Source: Leptospiraceae bacterium
Lineage (GTDB): Bacteria; Spirochaetota; Leptospiria; Leptospirales; Leptonemataceae
Reading direction: 5' to 3'
Assembly: GCA_040217195.1 (NCBI GenBank)
Contig: JAVJNR010000004.1
Span: 768,001 to 832,000 of the forward strand
DNA length: 64,000 nucleotides
Position 1 is the stretch's first letter. Each line of letters starts with the position of its first letter. Positions 1 to 9,014 of this stretch are shown here, in pieces. The notes beneath the pieces were generated by a model that did no database searches, was not told where the DNA came from, and saw nothing but the letters and a program-made list of their open reading frames with translations. The translations under genes were made by a program, and so were the position numbers.

Positions 1-2
1 AA

Positions 3-722
3 ACGGTTCCCATCAGTGGACTTATAATCCATGAAGATCGCCTGGAAGATCCCATTCCATTTGAAAGCCTGGATTTACATCTGAGCGGACTGGAAATCAT
101 CCATTATCCGGAGTTCCGGGAGATTTTTGGAAACGATGCACTTTCGCAAAGAGAAAAGATGACCATTTCCGGAGTTGCTATTCTTTTTACTGATATTACT
201 GGAAGCACTCGCATGTATGAAAAACTGGGCGATGTGCAGGCCTATAATATTGTCCGTGACCATTTCCAGATTCTAATTCAATCCGTGCAGAACCATGGAG
301 GCACCATTATCAAGACCATAGGCGATGCAGTGATGGCCTCATTCATTAGTGCAGACTCCGCATTTCTTTCTATATTCGATGCACTGGAACGATTCAAGCA
401 TTACAATGAGAAGAAGGAGATGGATCAGAAAGTAAACCTGAAGATTGGAATCCATTCTGGACCTGCCATCCTTGTAAACCTGAATGAAAGTCTGGACTAT
501 TTCGGAAGTACTGTAAATAAAGCAGCCCGCATTCAAAGTCTGGCTGCCAGTCAACAAATAGCATTCTCCGAAGAAGTGCTTCAGGCTCCGGGAACCAGGA
601 AGATGCTTCTGGACCATGGAACCCGGAAACTCAAGCGAAAACAGGCTTCCTTAAAAGGTCTTTCAGGAAGCCACCCTGTATATTTCCTTTCTATCGCCGA
701 CGAGGTTCCACCGGCCGCTTGA
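3..722 (+). CDS. Adenylate/guanylate cyclase (class III) domain protein, 5'-truncated by the window edge
   Basis: The frame is open from position 3. It has the motifs ILFTDITGST, IKTIGDAVMA and LDYFGSTVNKAARIQS; the Lys/Asp specificity residues suggest ATP. Confidence 0.9.
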   Translation, partial: TVPISGLIIHEDRLEDPIPFESLDLHLSGLEIIHYPEFREIFGNDALSQREKMTISGVAILFTDITGSTRMYEKLGDVQAYNIVRDHFQILIQSVQNHGGTIIKTIGDAVMASFISADSAFLSIFDALERFKHYNEKKEMDQKVNLKIGIHSGPAILVNLNESLDYFGSTVNKAARIQSLAASQQIAFSEEVLQAPGTRKMLLDHGTRKLKRKQASLKGLSGSHPVYFLSIADEVPPAA

Positions 723-799
723 TGCGGTGCAGGCTCTGCTCAAGGCGTCCGATGTCTGAAGCGGCAACACCGGGCTATTTCGAATATCCAAATAAACGG

Positions 800-1273
800 T
801 CAGGAATTCTTCATCAAAGCCACAAGTTGATCCAGCGCTTTGGCCCATCCATCGGCGAACCCCATTTCAGCATGCTTCTTTGCATTTTCGGGTCCGGAAT
901 GCATGGCCACCGCACGATACAATGTACCTTGCTTTGTAGGTTCCAGGGTTAACCGCGCTGTCATAAATGGTTCTGCAGCCGGACGAAAGCCAGGCTCCAG
1001 TGTATCTGTAAATACCAGGCTTTTTTGCGGCACTACTTCCAGATAGCAGCCATTGCTGGGGAATTCCTCTCCTTCCGGTGAGCGCATCACAGTGCGAAAC
1101 ATTCCTCCCGGTCTCAGGTCTACTTCACAATCAGCCAGAGACCAGGGTTCCGGAACGAACCATTTCATTAGATGTTCCGGTTCTGTCCAGGCGGCCCAGA
1201 CCCGCTCCACCGGAACATTGATCTCTCGCTCAAGTACAAGATCCCTTTCTGGATCGAATTTTGCTATGCTCAT
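800..1273 (-). CDS. SRPBCC/AHSA1-like (START-fold) protein
   Basis: [33 protein letters not shown] and C-terminal [13 protein letters not shown]; overlaps the upstream ArsR gene by 4 bp. Confidence 0.9.
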   Translation of the reverse strand: MSIAKFDPERDLVLEREINVPVERVWAAWTEPEHLMKWFVPEPWSLADCEVDLRPGGMFRTVMRSPEGEEFPSNGCYLEVVPQKSLVFTDTLEPGFRPAAEPFMTARLTLEPTKQGTLYRAVAMHSGPENAKKHAEMGFADGWAKALDQLVALMKNS

Positions 1274-1596
1274 TTTTTACCTTCCAACAAGTAATTATCC
1301 AGCTGGTTAAGCCTCTTTTCCCAGACCCTTTGCTGCGTTCCCAGCCAGCTTTCCAGGGGCCGCAGTCCGGATCGGTGCAATTTATAGATTCGAACACGAC
1401 CCTCCTTTCTGGATTCCACCAACCCCGCCTCTTCCAGCATCCGCATATGCTGCATGAATGATGGTAGTGCCAGCTGAAACGGAGCAGCCAGGTCGGAAAC
1501 GGAGGCCGGACCGGAGGTCAATTGTTTCAGCACCTGACGCCGGGTTCGATCCCCCAGCGCCTTAAATACCTGGTCCAGCTTTGCTGCATCGGCCAT
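1270..1596 (-). CDS. ArsR/SmtB family transcriptional regulator
   Basis: [13 protein letters not shown]...[35 protein letters not shown]; typical ArsR-SRPBCC gene pair. Confidence 0.92.
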   Translation of the reverse strand: MADAAKLDQVFKALGDRTRRQVLKQLTSGPASVSDLAAPFQLALPSFMQHMRMLEEAGLVESRKEGRVRIYKLHRSGLRPLESWLGTQQRVWEKRLNQLDNYLLEGKK

Positions 1597-1601
1597 GACC
1601 C

Positions 1602-1642
1602 ATTATTGAGCTGCTCAATACTTAGGTCAATACCTAAGTATT
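1602..1642 (-). promoter_or_regulatory. Sigma70-like promoter of arsR-SRPBCC overlapped by two palindromes (probable autoregulatory operator)
   Basis: Minus strand reads TTGACC-17bp-AATAAT-5bp-ATG. Perfect inverted repeats AATACTTAGGT-N4-ACCTAAGTATT (1617-1642) and TATTGAGC-T-GCTCAATA (1604-1620). Confidence 0.7.
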
Positions 1643-1688
1643 ATTTTTTACGGATGCCGCAATTTAATTTAGTGTTTGAACCGAGGGC

Positions 1689-1813
1689 GAACTGAACTGA
1701 ACTGAACTGAACTGAACTGAACTGAACCGAACCGAACCGAACCGAACCGAACCGAACCGAACCGAACCGGACTGAGCTGAACCGAACTGAGATGAACTGA
1801 GATGAACTGAGAT
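1689..1813. repeat. Intergenic pentanucleotide tandem repeat (25 units)
   Basis: (GAACT)x7 at 1689-1723, (GAACC)x9 at 1724-1768, then GGACT GAGCT GAACC and (GAACT GAGAT)x3. Confidence 0.97.
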
Positions 1814-1915
1814 GAGAGAAATAAGCGGCCGGCTGACCCTCATAAGCACTCTGAAGATGATAGAAAAGTCCGGACTGGACTTTACACAGTGGAAGAGGAC
1901 TGCCTATTTAGAATT

Positions 1916-2344
1916 ATGTGGATGCAAACGGACATACAGTTAAAATCAAGAAATCGGGGATTTCATATTATTACCTCCGAAATTCAGAGAGCTTTGAACC
2001 AGCTCCAGGAAGAATCGAAACTGGAAATAGGACTGTGCCATCTATTCATTCATCATACCAGTGCATCTCTGAGCATAAATGAAAATGCCGATCCAGATGT
2101 AAGAGGTGATCTGGAAAGACACTTTTCTGTCCTGGCCCCTGAAAATGCAGCCCACTATGAGCATACTCTAGAAGGACCGGACGATATGCCAGCCCACATA
2201 AAGACAGTACTAATTGGCACTGGTCTCACTGTTCCAATGCGCAAGGGAAAGCTGATCCTGGGAACCTGGCAGGGGATCTATTTATGCGAACACCGCAATC
2301 ATGGCGGCTCCAGAACGGTTACCGTAACTCTAAATGGGCAGTGA
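1916..2344 (+). CDS. yjbQ: YjbQ/UPF0047 secondary thiamine-phosphate synthase family protein
   Basis: HTSASLSINENADPDV..DL, YEH..EGPDDMPAHIK and LGTWQGIYLCEHR; start set at ATG 1916. Confidence 0.9.
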   Translation: MWMQTDIQLKSRNRGFHIITSEIQRALNQLQEESKLEIGLCHLFIHHTSASLSINENADPDVRGDLERHFSVLAPENAAHYEHTLEGPDDMPAHIKTVLIGTGLTVPMRKGKLILGTWQGIYLCEHRNHGGSRTVTVTLNGQ

Positions 2345-2440
2345 TCTGGATTCCATGGTCGGCAAAGGAGGGATGGGCCGCTTTCGCCATTGCAAATATG
2401 ACGAAAGAAGCCTGGTCTTCTAATAATGCGATTCGCAGAT

Positions 2441-3658
2441 CTAACCAAAGAACCGGTGAGCCATGGATTTTTTGGTTTCATGCCATAGAATATGACTCAC
2501 TGCATGGAATGCTCCCAGAGAGTGATTCGTTTCTTTACCCCTGGAAAGTCGCCTGGAGATCTGGTAGGCATACCATCCGCCTTCGCTCATGAGCCCAAAA
2601 GCAGGACTGGGCTTAAGCTTCGGTAGTTCTACCTGCTCCAGGTTTCCAGAAAGAAAGTCCGATGCAAAGGTTTTGGATGTAAGGAAAGGCCTGGCCATTC
2701 CGATTAGATCCGTATCGCCGCTCTTAAGTGCTTCTTCGCAGAAGGAACGACTCCGGAATCCTCCGGTAATCATCAATGGAGTTTTAATTTGAGTTCTCAG
2801 TCTACGGGCAAAGTCCAGAAAGTAAGCTTCCCGTTTCTTTGTGCTTTCGCGAACGTTCTGGCCGTCATTCAATAGGAATGATGGATTTTCATAGTTACCG
2901 CCGGAAATCTCAAGTAAATCGATTCCTTCTTTTTCGAGCATCTTTGCCACGGCTTCGGAATCGTCCTGATCAAACCCTCCTTTTTGAAAATCTGCAGAGT
3001 TTAGTTTCACAGAAAGAGCTTTGCTCGGACCTATGGCCTTTCGCACCGCTCGCACAGCTTCCAGCAAAAACCTGGCTCGATTTTCCAGCGATCCTCCCCA
3101 TTCATCCTGACGCTGATTGGTTTTTGGAGATAGAAATTGGCTGAGCAAATAGCCATGGGCTGCATGAACCTGCACTCCATGAAAACCTGCCTCCATACAG
3201 AGCCCGGCCGTGGTGGCAAATCTCTGAATCAAATCCCTGATGCCCTGTTCTGTAAGCGGACGGGGCCGGCCATAAAGACCTTTTTCATGAAGTTGCACAT
3301 TGGATGCGGATACAGGACGCAAATTTACCAGCCTGGAAGTCTGGCGACCGGAATGGCTAATTTGAGCCCAGAAATGGGCGCCTCCAGACTTGGCCACACC
3401 GGTCCATTCGCGAAATCGATCCATGGCCCGATCATCTTCGAGCACAATGTTTCCGGCGGATTCCAGGGAATTGCGATCCACCATAATGTTACCGGAGATC
3501 ATAAGTCCTGGCCCGTTGTTGGCCCAGGACTTATATAGTTCCAGATGATACTTGTTCGGGTTATGGTCAGCGCCGGCCACACGCTCGGTCATGGCCGCTT
3601 TAACCAGACGATTGGGCAGAGTTTGCCCGCAGGGTAATTGTAGGGATTGCTCAAGCAT
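2441..3658 (-). CDS. NADH:flavin oxidoreductase (old yellow enzyme family)
   Basis: LPNRLVKAAMTE, GFHGVQVHAAHGYLLSQFLSP..N.R.DEWGGSLENRAR and VKLNSADF; start set at ATG 3658. Confidence 0.92.
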   Translation of the reverse strand: MLEQSLQLPCGQTLPNRLVKAAMTERVAGADHNPNKYHLELYKSWANNGPGLMISGNIMVDRNSLESAGNIVLEDDRAMDRFREWTGVAKSGGAHFWAQISHSGRQTSRLVNLRPVSASNVQLHEKGLYGRPRPLTEQGIRDLIQRFATTAGLCMEAGFHGVQVHAAHGYLLSQFLSPKTNQRQDEWGGSLENRARFLLEAVRAVRKAIGPSKALSVKLNSADFQKGGFDQDDSEAVAKMLEKEGIDLLEISGGNYENPSFLLNDGQNVRESTKKREAYFLDFARRLRTQIKTPLMITGGFRSRSFCEEALKSGDTDLIGMARPFLTSKTFASDFLSGNLEQVELPKLKPSPAFGLMSEGGWYAYQISRRLSRGKETNHSLGAFHAVSHILWHETKKSMAHRFFG

Positions 3659-3712
3659 ACCTGTATTTGCTGAGTCCCCTCCCTGGTTCAAGGACTTTCG
3701 GGTACTGCAGTA

Positions 3713-5086
3713 CTATCGAAGAGCGGCCTGTCCTTTCCGGGCAAGATCGATGGCATTTCCCAGTACTCTGGCGGCCTCCTGCGGGGCATGAAACCCTGTG
3801 CTGTTCTCCGCTTCTACAAAGCCCAGAAGGAACTGGGATTTTCTCTGGAAGGAGCGAGCCAGTTCCAGTTTGCTTTCAGCTACACCCGATTTCTGTGCTT
3901 TTTCAATGTCATCGATTAGATCCATCAAAGCATCCATGGCCACGTTTCTTAGCTGCCAGTGAGTATCCTGGATGGTATCGATTCTCTTTCTGAGTTCCTC
4001 GGGCTCCAGGTTATGGCAGGTGCCGCAGGAAGCATCCACGTTCAAATAGGGACTTCTAACATGATGGTCCGACACTTTGGAGGCTCCTTCGCTCACATAG
4101 GGCATATGGCAGTCGGCGCAGGTTACTCCGCTTCGAGCATGGATCCCCTGACTGTACATTTCAAATTCCGGATGCTGTGCCTTCAGTGCAGGCGCACCGG
4201 TATCCTTATGAGTCCAGTCTTTGAATTTTATTTGCTCGTAATAGGATAGGATTTCATCGGCCTTTAGTCCATTGTCCCAGGGGTATGTCAGAGTTTTGCC
4301 TTTTCCATCGAAGTAGTATTCAACATGACATTGAGCGCAAACATAGGTTCGCATTTCTCGTCTGCTAGCATCTTCATTTACATTGTATCCGGAGATTCCT
4401 TCCCGTTTTTTCACTTTCTGGATTCCAATCATGAAAGCGGGTCGAGTCACTCGAAGACTCATATCGTCCGGGTTATGACAGTCAATACAGGCCACCGGAT
4501 GTTCGGCCATCTCAGCCACTTCTTTATAGGGCCTGGAGTTCATTTCATGAAAGCCTGCCATAATATCACCATCGCCCAGTTTCTTATAGATACTGTATGT
4601 GGATGCATGACAGTTTAAGCAAGTTCCTGGCTGTCCCACTTTTTGACGCAGAGTGTATAGCTGATCCGTGAGCATATAGCCATGCCCTCTTTCTTCGCGA
4701 AAGTCAATGCTGAATGCATAGCCAGCCCACATTCGCTTCAGTCTGGGATCTTCATCGATTTTTGACTGGGTCACAACGCTTCTCGGATCCGCCTGATCTG
4801 GAAGATGCGGCAATGCTTCCGATCCGCCATAGCGTGTACGTTCCATGTCGGTAGTTCTCATGTACATTTCGTAATGTAGAGGAAAGTTCCTGGCCCACAC
4901 TTCTGGATCATTGACGGAATCGTCCAGCTCGGCTACTTGAAAATATGGCTGTTTGGCCTCCTGCATCCTACCGGAAACATCTGCAATTAGAAATGCAATA
5001 ATGAGCCCTACCAGAAAACCTGCTGCCAGAAGCAGAATCAATCCTCGTTTTCCCAGACTCTCTATCCAGTTCAGTAATCCTTTCAT
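3713..5086 (-). CDS. nrfA: Ammonia-forming pentahaem cytochrome c nitrite reductase c552 (CXXCH-type haem 1)
   Basis: Five haem motifs (CLNCH, CIDCH, CAQCHVEYYF, CADCHMP, CGTCH), plus WAGYAFS.DFREERGH, KAQHPEFE and AENSTGFHAP; N-terminal TM helix; ATGA-coupled to nrfH. Confidence 0.95.
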   Translation of the reverse strand: MKGLLNWIESLGKRGLILLLAAGFLVGLIIAFLIADVSGRMQEAKQPYFQVAELDDSVNDPEVWARNFPLHYEMYMRTTDMERTRYGGSEALPHLPDQADPRSVVTQSKIDEDPRLKRMWAGYAFSIDFREERGHGYMLTDQLYTLRQKVGQPGTCLNCHASTYSIYKKLGDGDIMAGFHEMNSRPYKEVAEMAEHPVACIDCHNPDDMSLRVTRPAFMIGIQKVKKREGISGYNVNEDASRREMRTYVCAQCHVEYYFDGKGKTLTYPWDNGLKADEILSYYEQIKFKDWTHKDTGAPALKAQHPEFEMYSQGIHARSGVTCADCHMPYVSEGASKVSDHHVRSPYLNVDASCGTCHNLEPEELRKRIDTIQDTHWQLRNVAMDALMDLIDDIEKAQKSGVAESKLELARSFQRKSQFLLGFVEAENSTGFHAPQEAARVLGNAIDLARKGQAALR

Positions 5087-5544
5087 CGCATACTTCCTTC
5101 CGGATGACCCACATTGGAATGGCAACTCAAGCAACTATGCTCCTCCACCGCACCTTCCATGGAAGAAGGATGCGCGAAAACGTTGCCATGGCAGCCGATG
5201 CAGGCTTTTACCGTTACTTCTTTGTTCCTATCAGTGATTCGAATATTTTCCGGGAATCGCCCGGTGCTGAATGCCCAGGCATGGGCCACTCCATTCTGTG
5301 CCTTGGTCATATATTTGGCCAGGTTGCCTGGAGGGGTATGACAGCTATTGCAGGAGGTAAAGGAGCCATGTGAGCTCTTCATCCAGGCATTAAATTGAGG
5401 CTCCATAACATGGCAGTTGATGCATGCCTCGCTATTATCAGTGAGATAGGAATGCCCCTTCGCAAATACGAAAGTAAAGGTTCCCATCCCCAGGATAGTA
5501 CCCAGGGTACCAAGGAGCAGTATCCATTTTAGAGCCGGATGCAC
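5083..5544 (-). CDS. nrfH: Cytochrome c nitrite reductase small subunit (NapC/NirT-family tetrahaem quinol oxidase)
   Basis: N-terminal TM helix, SYLTDNSEACINCHVM, SSH..CNSCH, CIGCH and CLSCHSNVGH; GTG start preceded by GAGG. Confidence 0.93.
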   Translation of the reverse strand: MHPALKWILLLGTLGTILGMGTFTFVFAKGHSYLTDNSEACINCHVMEPQFNAWMKSSHGSFTSCNSCHTPPGNLAKYMTKAQNGVAHAWAFSTGRFPENIRITDRNKEVTVKACIGCHGNVFAHPSSMEGAVEEHSCLSCHSNVGHPEGSMR

Positions 5545-5843
5545 GGGGCAAACCTCACACTCTGTCCAGGGATTGAGCAAGTGTTTTTTCCTGAGCACCT
5601 TTTATTATTACAGAAGATGAGATTGGCTCTCATTGCAGAACCGTTCACCCATGGCTTAGCACATTGAACGACGCGGCCCAACCTTGCAGTCGTTCGGAAG
5701 CGATGGGTCCCGGCCTTCATTTGCATGGAGGTTCACAGATTTAATCAGGATGTACCGCCGGCAATCCTTCGCTGATACAAAAAGCGCCAAACGGTGAACC
5801 AAAGTAAAATGGACAAACCTGCTATGGACTTTAGAAATTGCTC

Positions 5844-6863
5844 ATGAACTCCTTCCCGGGAAAAAACCTGAGTCTACTCTGTGTTCCAACATTTAAGGCG
5901 CCCTGGCAGTATCTACTTTGCTTTTTATTGTTGTGTCAGACGATTTCGCTGAATGCGCAAACCTTGCAGCCGCTTCCGGAAATTAAGAGCTACGTTCTGG
6001 ATCAGACTTCTACTCTAACTCAGCCGCAGATAAAGAAGCTCAGCGAGATGCTTCAGGGGATCGAAGAAAAACATGGCAGCCAGGTCGTGCTGGTACTTCT
6101 GAAGACTACCAGGCCAGAAGCTATCGAGCAATACAGCATCCGTCTGGCGGAAAAAAATGGCATTGGTCGCAAAGATGCAGACGATGGAGTTCTGATTCTA
6201 TTTGCAAGAGAGGATCGTAAGATTCGCATCGAAGTGGGTTACGGTCTTGAGGGAAATATTCCGGATGCCACTGCCAACCGAATCATCGACCAGGAAATGA
6301 TTCCATCGTTCAAGACTGGAGACTTCTATTCCGGGCTTCGCAATGGAATCCAGGCTATTGAGCAGAAGATTGCAGCCGAACCAGTTGTAGCAACCGAAAC
6401 GGAAATCGCCACCGACGAAGGCCCGGATTACTGGTATCTGTTTTATGATTTTCTCTTTTATTGGTCCTGGATTTCCTACGGTATTGCAGGCTGCATTGGA
6501 TGGTATGCAGCCAAAAACAAGAAGTACACTTCGCTTCTGATTCTGGCACTCTTTGTTGGAATGCATCCACCGGTATTCTGGACTTTCCTGCAGGGCTTTT
6601 TTGTATTCAATCCATTTCTCTTCCGCTTCTTTATTTCGCTTTTCGCCTTCCATATTCCTTACTGGCTGGCCGGTGGCCGACCGCCCCGGTCCAGCCGTAG
6701 TGGAAGTAGTAGCAGTAGCAGTTCATACAGCCCGTCGTTTAGCAGCTTTTCCAGCTCAAGTTTTTCCAGTTCCTCCAGCTCAAGCTCCAGCAGCTCTAGT
6801 AGTTCCAGCTTTTCTGGAGGGGGTGGCTCATTTGGTGGCGGAGGTGCCTCAGGAAGCTGGTAG
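5844..6863 (+). CDS. TPM-domain (TLP18.3/Psb32/MOLO-1, YgcG-like) membrane protein with Ser/Gly-rich tail
   Basis: IEQYSIRLAE..GIGRK..DDGVLIL....DRKIRIEVGYGLEG.IPD, several TM segments and C-terminal FSGGGGSFGGGGASGSW. Confidence 0.9.
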   Translation: MNSFPGKNLSLLCVPTFKAPWQYLLCFLLLCQTISLNAQTLQPLPEIKSYVLDQTSTLTQPQIKKLSEMLQGIEEKHGSQVVLVLLKTTRPEAIEQYSIRLAEKNGIGRKDADDGVLILFAREDRKIRIEVGYGLEGNIPDATANRIIDQEMIPSFKTGDFYSGLRNGIQAIEQKIAAEPVVATETEIATDEGPDYWYLFYDFLFYWSWISYGIAGCIGWYAAKNKKYTSLLILALFVGMHPPVFWTFLQGFFVFNPFLFRFFISLFAFHIPYWLAGGRPPRSSRSGSSSSSSSYSPSFSSFSSSSFSSSSSSSSSSSSSSSFSGGGGSFGGGGASGSW

Positions 6864-7084
6864 CAATAAGCGGCGCGCAATACCAGATAAGGGCCAGAGC
6901 GAAAATGAAGCACTTTCAAATAAATAAGACGATCTATTAGAATGCAGGTTACTGTACAGAATATGAGATGCGAACCGGGAACACTTTATAGAATTACTAC
7001 CCCGGTTGCCACGAATCAGAGCAGACATCCCGATCCCGCCCATGAAAAAGGTTGATCGGCAGAGCCTGAAAGAAAGAAAAGATA

Positions 7085-8389
7085 ATGTCCATTCTCCGCA
7101 TCTATTCCGAGTCCGAGTTAAACCCGGAACTGCGAAAACAACTTCAAATGCGCGAAAGTGCTGAAGATACGGAGGCCTTAACTTCTGTACAATCCATTCT
7201 GGACGATGTGCGAAAACGAGGCATTGAGGCAGTCAGTAACTATTCCCGGAAATTTGACGGATTCTACCCGGAACCGGCTATTTGTACTGAGACAGAAATT
7301 GCGGAAGCAGACCAGCGCCTGGATCCAGAAATCAAGCAAGCCTTCACCGACGCAGCAGCCAATATTCGGACTTTCCATGACTTTCAAAGGGAACGGTTAC
7401 AGCCGGCCAGCACGAAAGTGGCCGGGGCCGAGCTGGGTTTTTTCTATACTCCGGTTGAGAATGTAGCTGTGTATGTACCCGGAGGAAAAGCCCAGTATCC
7501 ATCTTCTGTATTGATGGGAGTCATTCCAGCAGTGGCAGCTGGTGTTAAGAACATCCTTCTACTGAGCCCGGCCAACGACCAGGGAAAGCTGAACGATGTA
7601 GTGCTCTACTGTGCAAAAATGGCTGGCGCAACCACAGTTCTGAAGATTGGAGGAGCTCATGGAGTGGCCGCGGCTGCTTATGGACTGTACGCTCCTCCGG
7701 CTGAATTGATTGTTGGCCCTGGAAATCGTTACGTTACGGCGGCCAAAACATTGCTATCCGCCTCCGGGCGAATTCGCATAGATCAGCCCGCAGGCCCTTC
7801 CGAAGTTATAGTGATCGCCGATGAAAGTGCCAGCCCTGAATTTGTGGCCTCCGATATGCTCAGTCAGGCAGAGCATGGAGAGGATAGCCCGGCCATTCTA
7901 CTTACAACAAATCGCAAACTTGCAGAGGCCACTTCAAGAGAAATCGAAAAGGGGCTTTCGGAGCGGCCAGCCAGACGAGAAATGAAAGAGACCAGTATTC
8001 GCAAGCATTCCTACGCCATTGTATTCGAAACAATGGAAGAGGCCTTCCGTTTCTCCAATGAGTACGCTCCGGAGCACCTGGAAATCTGTACTGTAGATCC
8101 GCAGAAAGATCTGAAGAATGTCAGCGCAGCGGGAAGTGTCTTTCTCGGTCATTATGCTCCGGTAGCCCTGGGCGATTACTACAGCGGCACAAACCATGTG
8201 TTGCCTACCGGCGGAACCGGTCGAATGTACTCCGGCCTTGGTGTAGAAACCTACATGAAGCGGATTACCTATCAGCACCCTACCCGGGAAAGTCTGCGGG
8301 AAGCCTGGAAACCTATTCAGATAATGAGCCAGGTAGAAGGTCTGGAACATGAGCACGGACACAGCGTGGATGTGCGATTCCAGAAATAG
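7085..8389 (+). CDS. hisD: Histidinol dehydrogenase
   Basis: YVPGGKA.YPSSVLM, GPGNRYV..AK, IDQPAGPSEV, DMLSQAEHG, YAPEHL and GDY.SGTNHVLPT. Confidence 0.97.
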   Translation: MSILRIYSESELNPELRKQLQMRESAEDTEALTSVQSILDDVRKRGIEAVSNYSRKFDGFYPEPAICTETEIAEADQRLDPEIKQAFTDAAANIRTFHDFQRERLQPASTKVAGAELGFFYTPVENVAVYVPGGKAQYPSSVLMGVIPAVAAGVKNILLLSPANDQGKLNDVVLYCAKMAGATTVLKIGGAHGVAAAAYGLYAPPAELIVGPGNRYVTAAKTLLSASGRIRIDQPAGPSEVIVIADESASPEFVASDMLSQAEHGEDSPAILLTTNRKLAEATSREIEKGLSERPARREMKETSIRKHSYAIVFETMEEAFRFSNEYAPEHLEICTVDPQKDLKNVSAAGSVFLGHYAPVALGDYYSGTNHVLPTGGTGRMYSGLGVETYMKRITYQHPTRESLREAWKPIQIMSQVEGLEHEHGHSVDVRFQK

Positions 8390-9014
8390 GTTTCGCCATC
8401 CCGGCAGCAAGCCCCGCATTGATCCCGGACTGAAAGAGTCTATCCCAGCATATCCCGGGAGTCCCACCCCTGATCCAGGGATTCAACACAAAGGCCCTGG
8501 ACGTTACACCGCAACCGGCAGAAGCCGAAGATTACATCATATAAAGAGGAAACCTTTCCTTCAAAGTTCCAGAGCCTGGGCTCTCTACCGCTATCCTATC
8601 CTCGGATGAAATATCCGTTACAGGATTGAATTAGATACTGTCTCCATTTTCGAGCCGCGAACGTTACACGCTCGCTTTTATTTTTTCACTTTGTAATTGA
8701 TGGAAGTGTTCTGTTTTCATACTCTGAAAGGGGTATATGTACCTCCCTACGGCCAGTGTAGTTCGGAAGATAAGTTCGGAAGATAACGCCCGGGTTCATC
8801 GTAATACAGCCGCATGGCTTTAAATCGGGGAGAGAAACGAATTTCAAGGTATGGCGATGGTTCTTGCTGTAAGCTCCAGGACAGGAATGGAAATAAAGTC
8901 CCTATCTGAACCTTCCGGAATTTTTGCATGCACTCGCGAGCATTTTCAATTTTTGATTGCCTGGTATTTTAATAAGTTTACTTTAAAACCCTCATGAGTT
9001 TATGGAGGAAGAAT

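Noticed and set aside
1689..1813. Repeat as a CRISPR array or LexA (GAAC) boxes
   Set aside because: There are no spacers or cas genes, and the spacing fits neither GAAC-N4-GTTC nor GAAC-N7-GAAC.
1664..1849. 61-aa minus-strand ORF with SVRFG/SVQFS repeats
   Set aside because: It is a by-product of the pentamer repeat having no stops in that frame; there is no other coding evidence.
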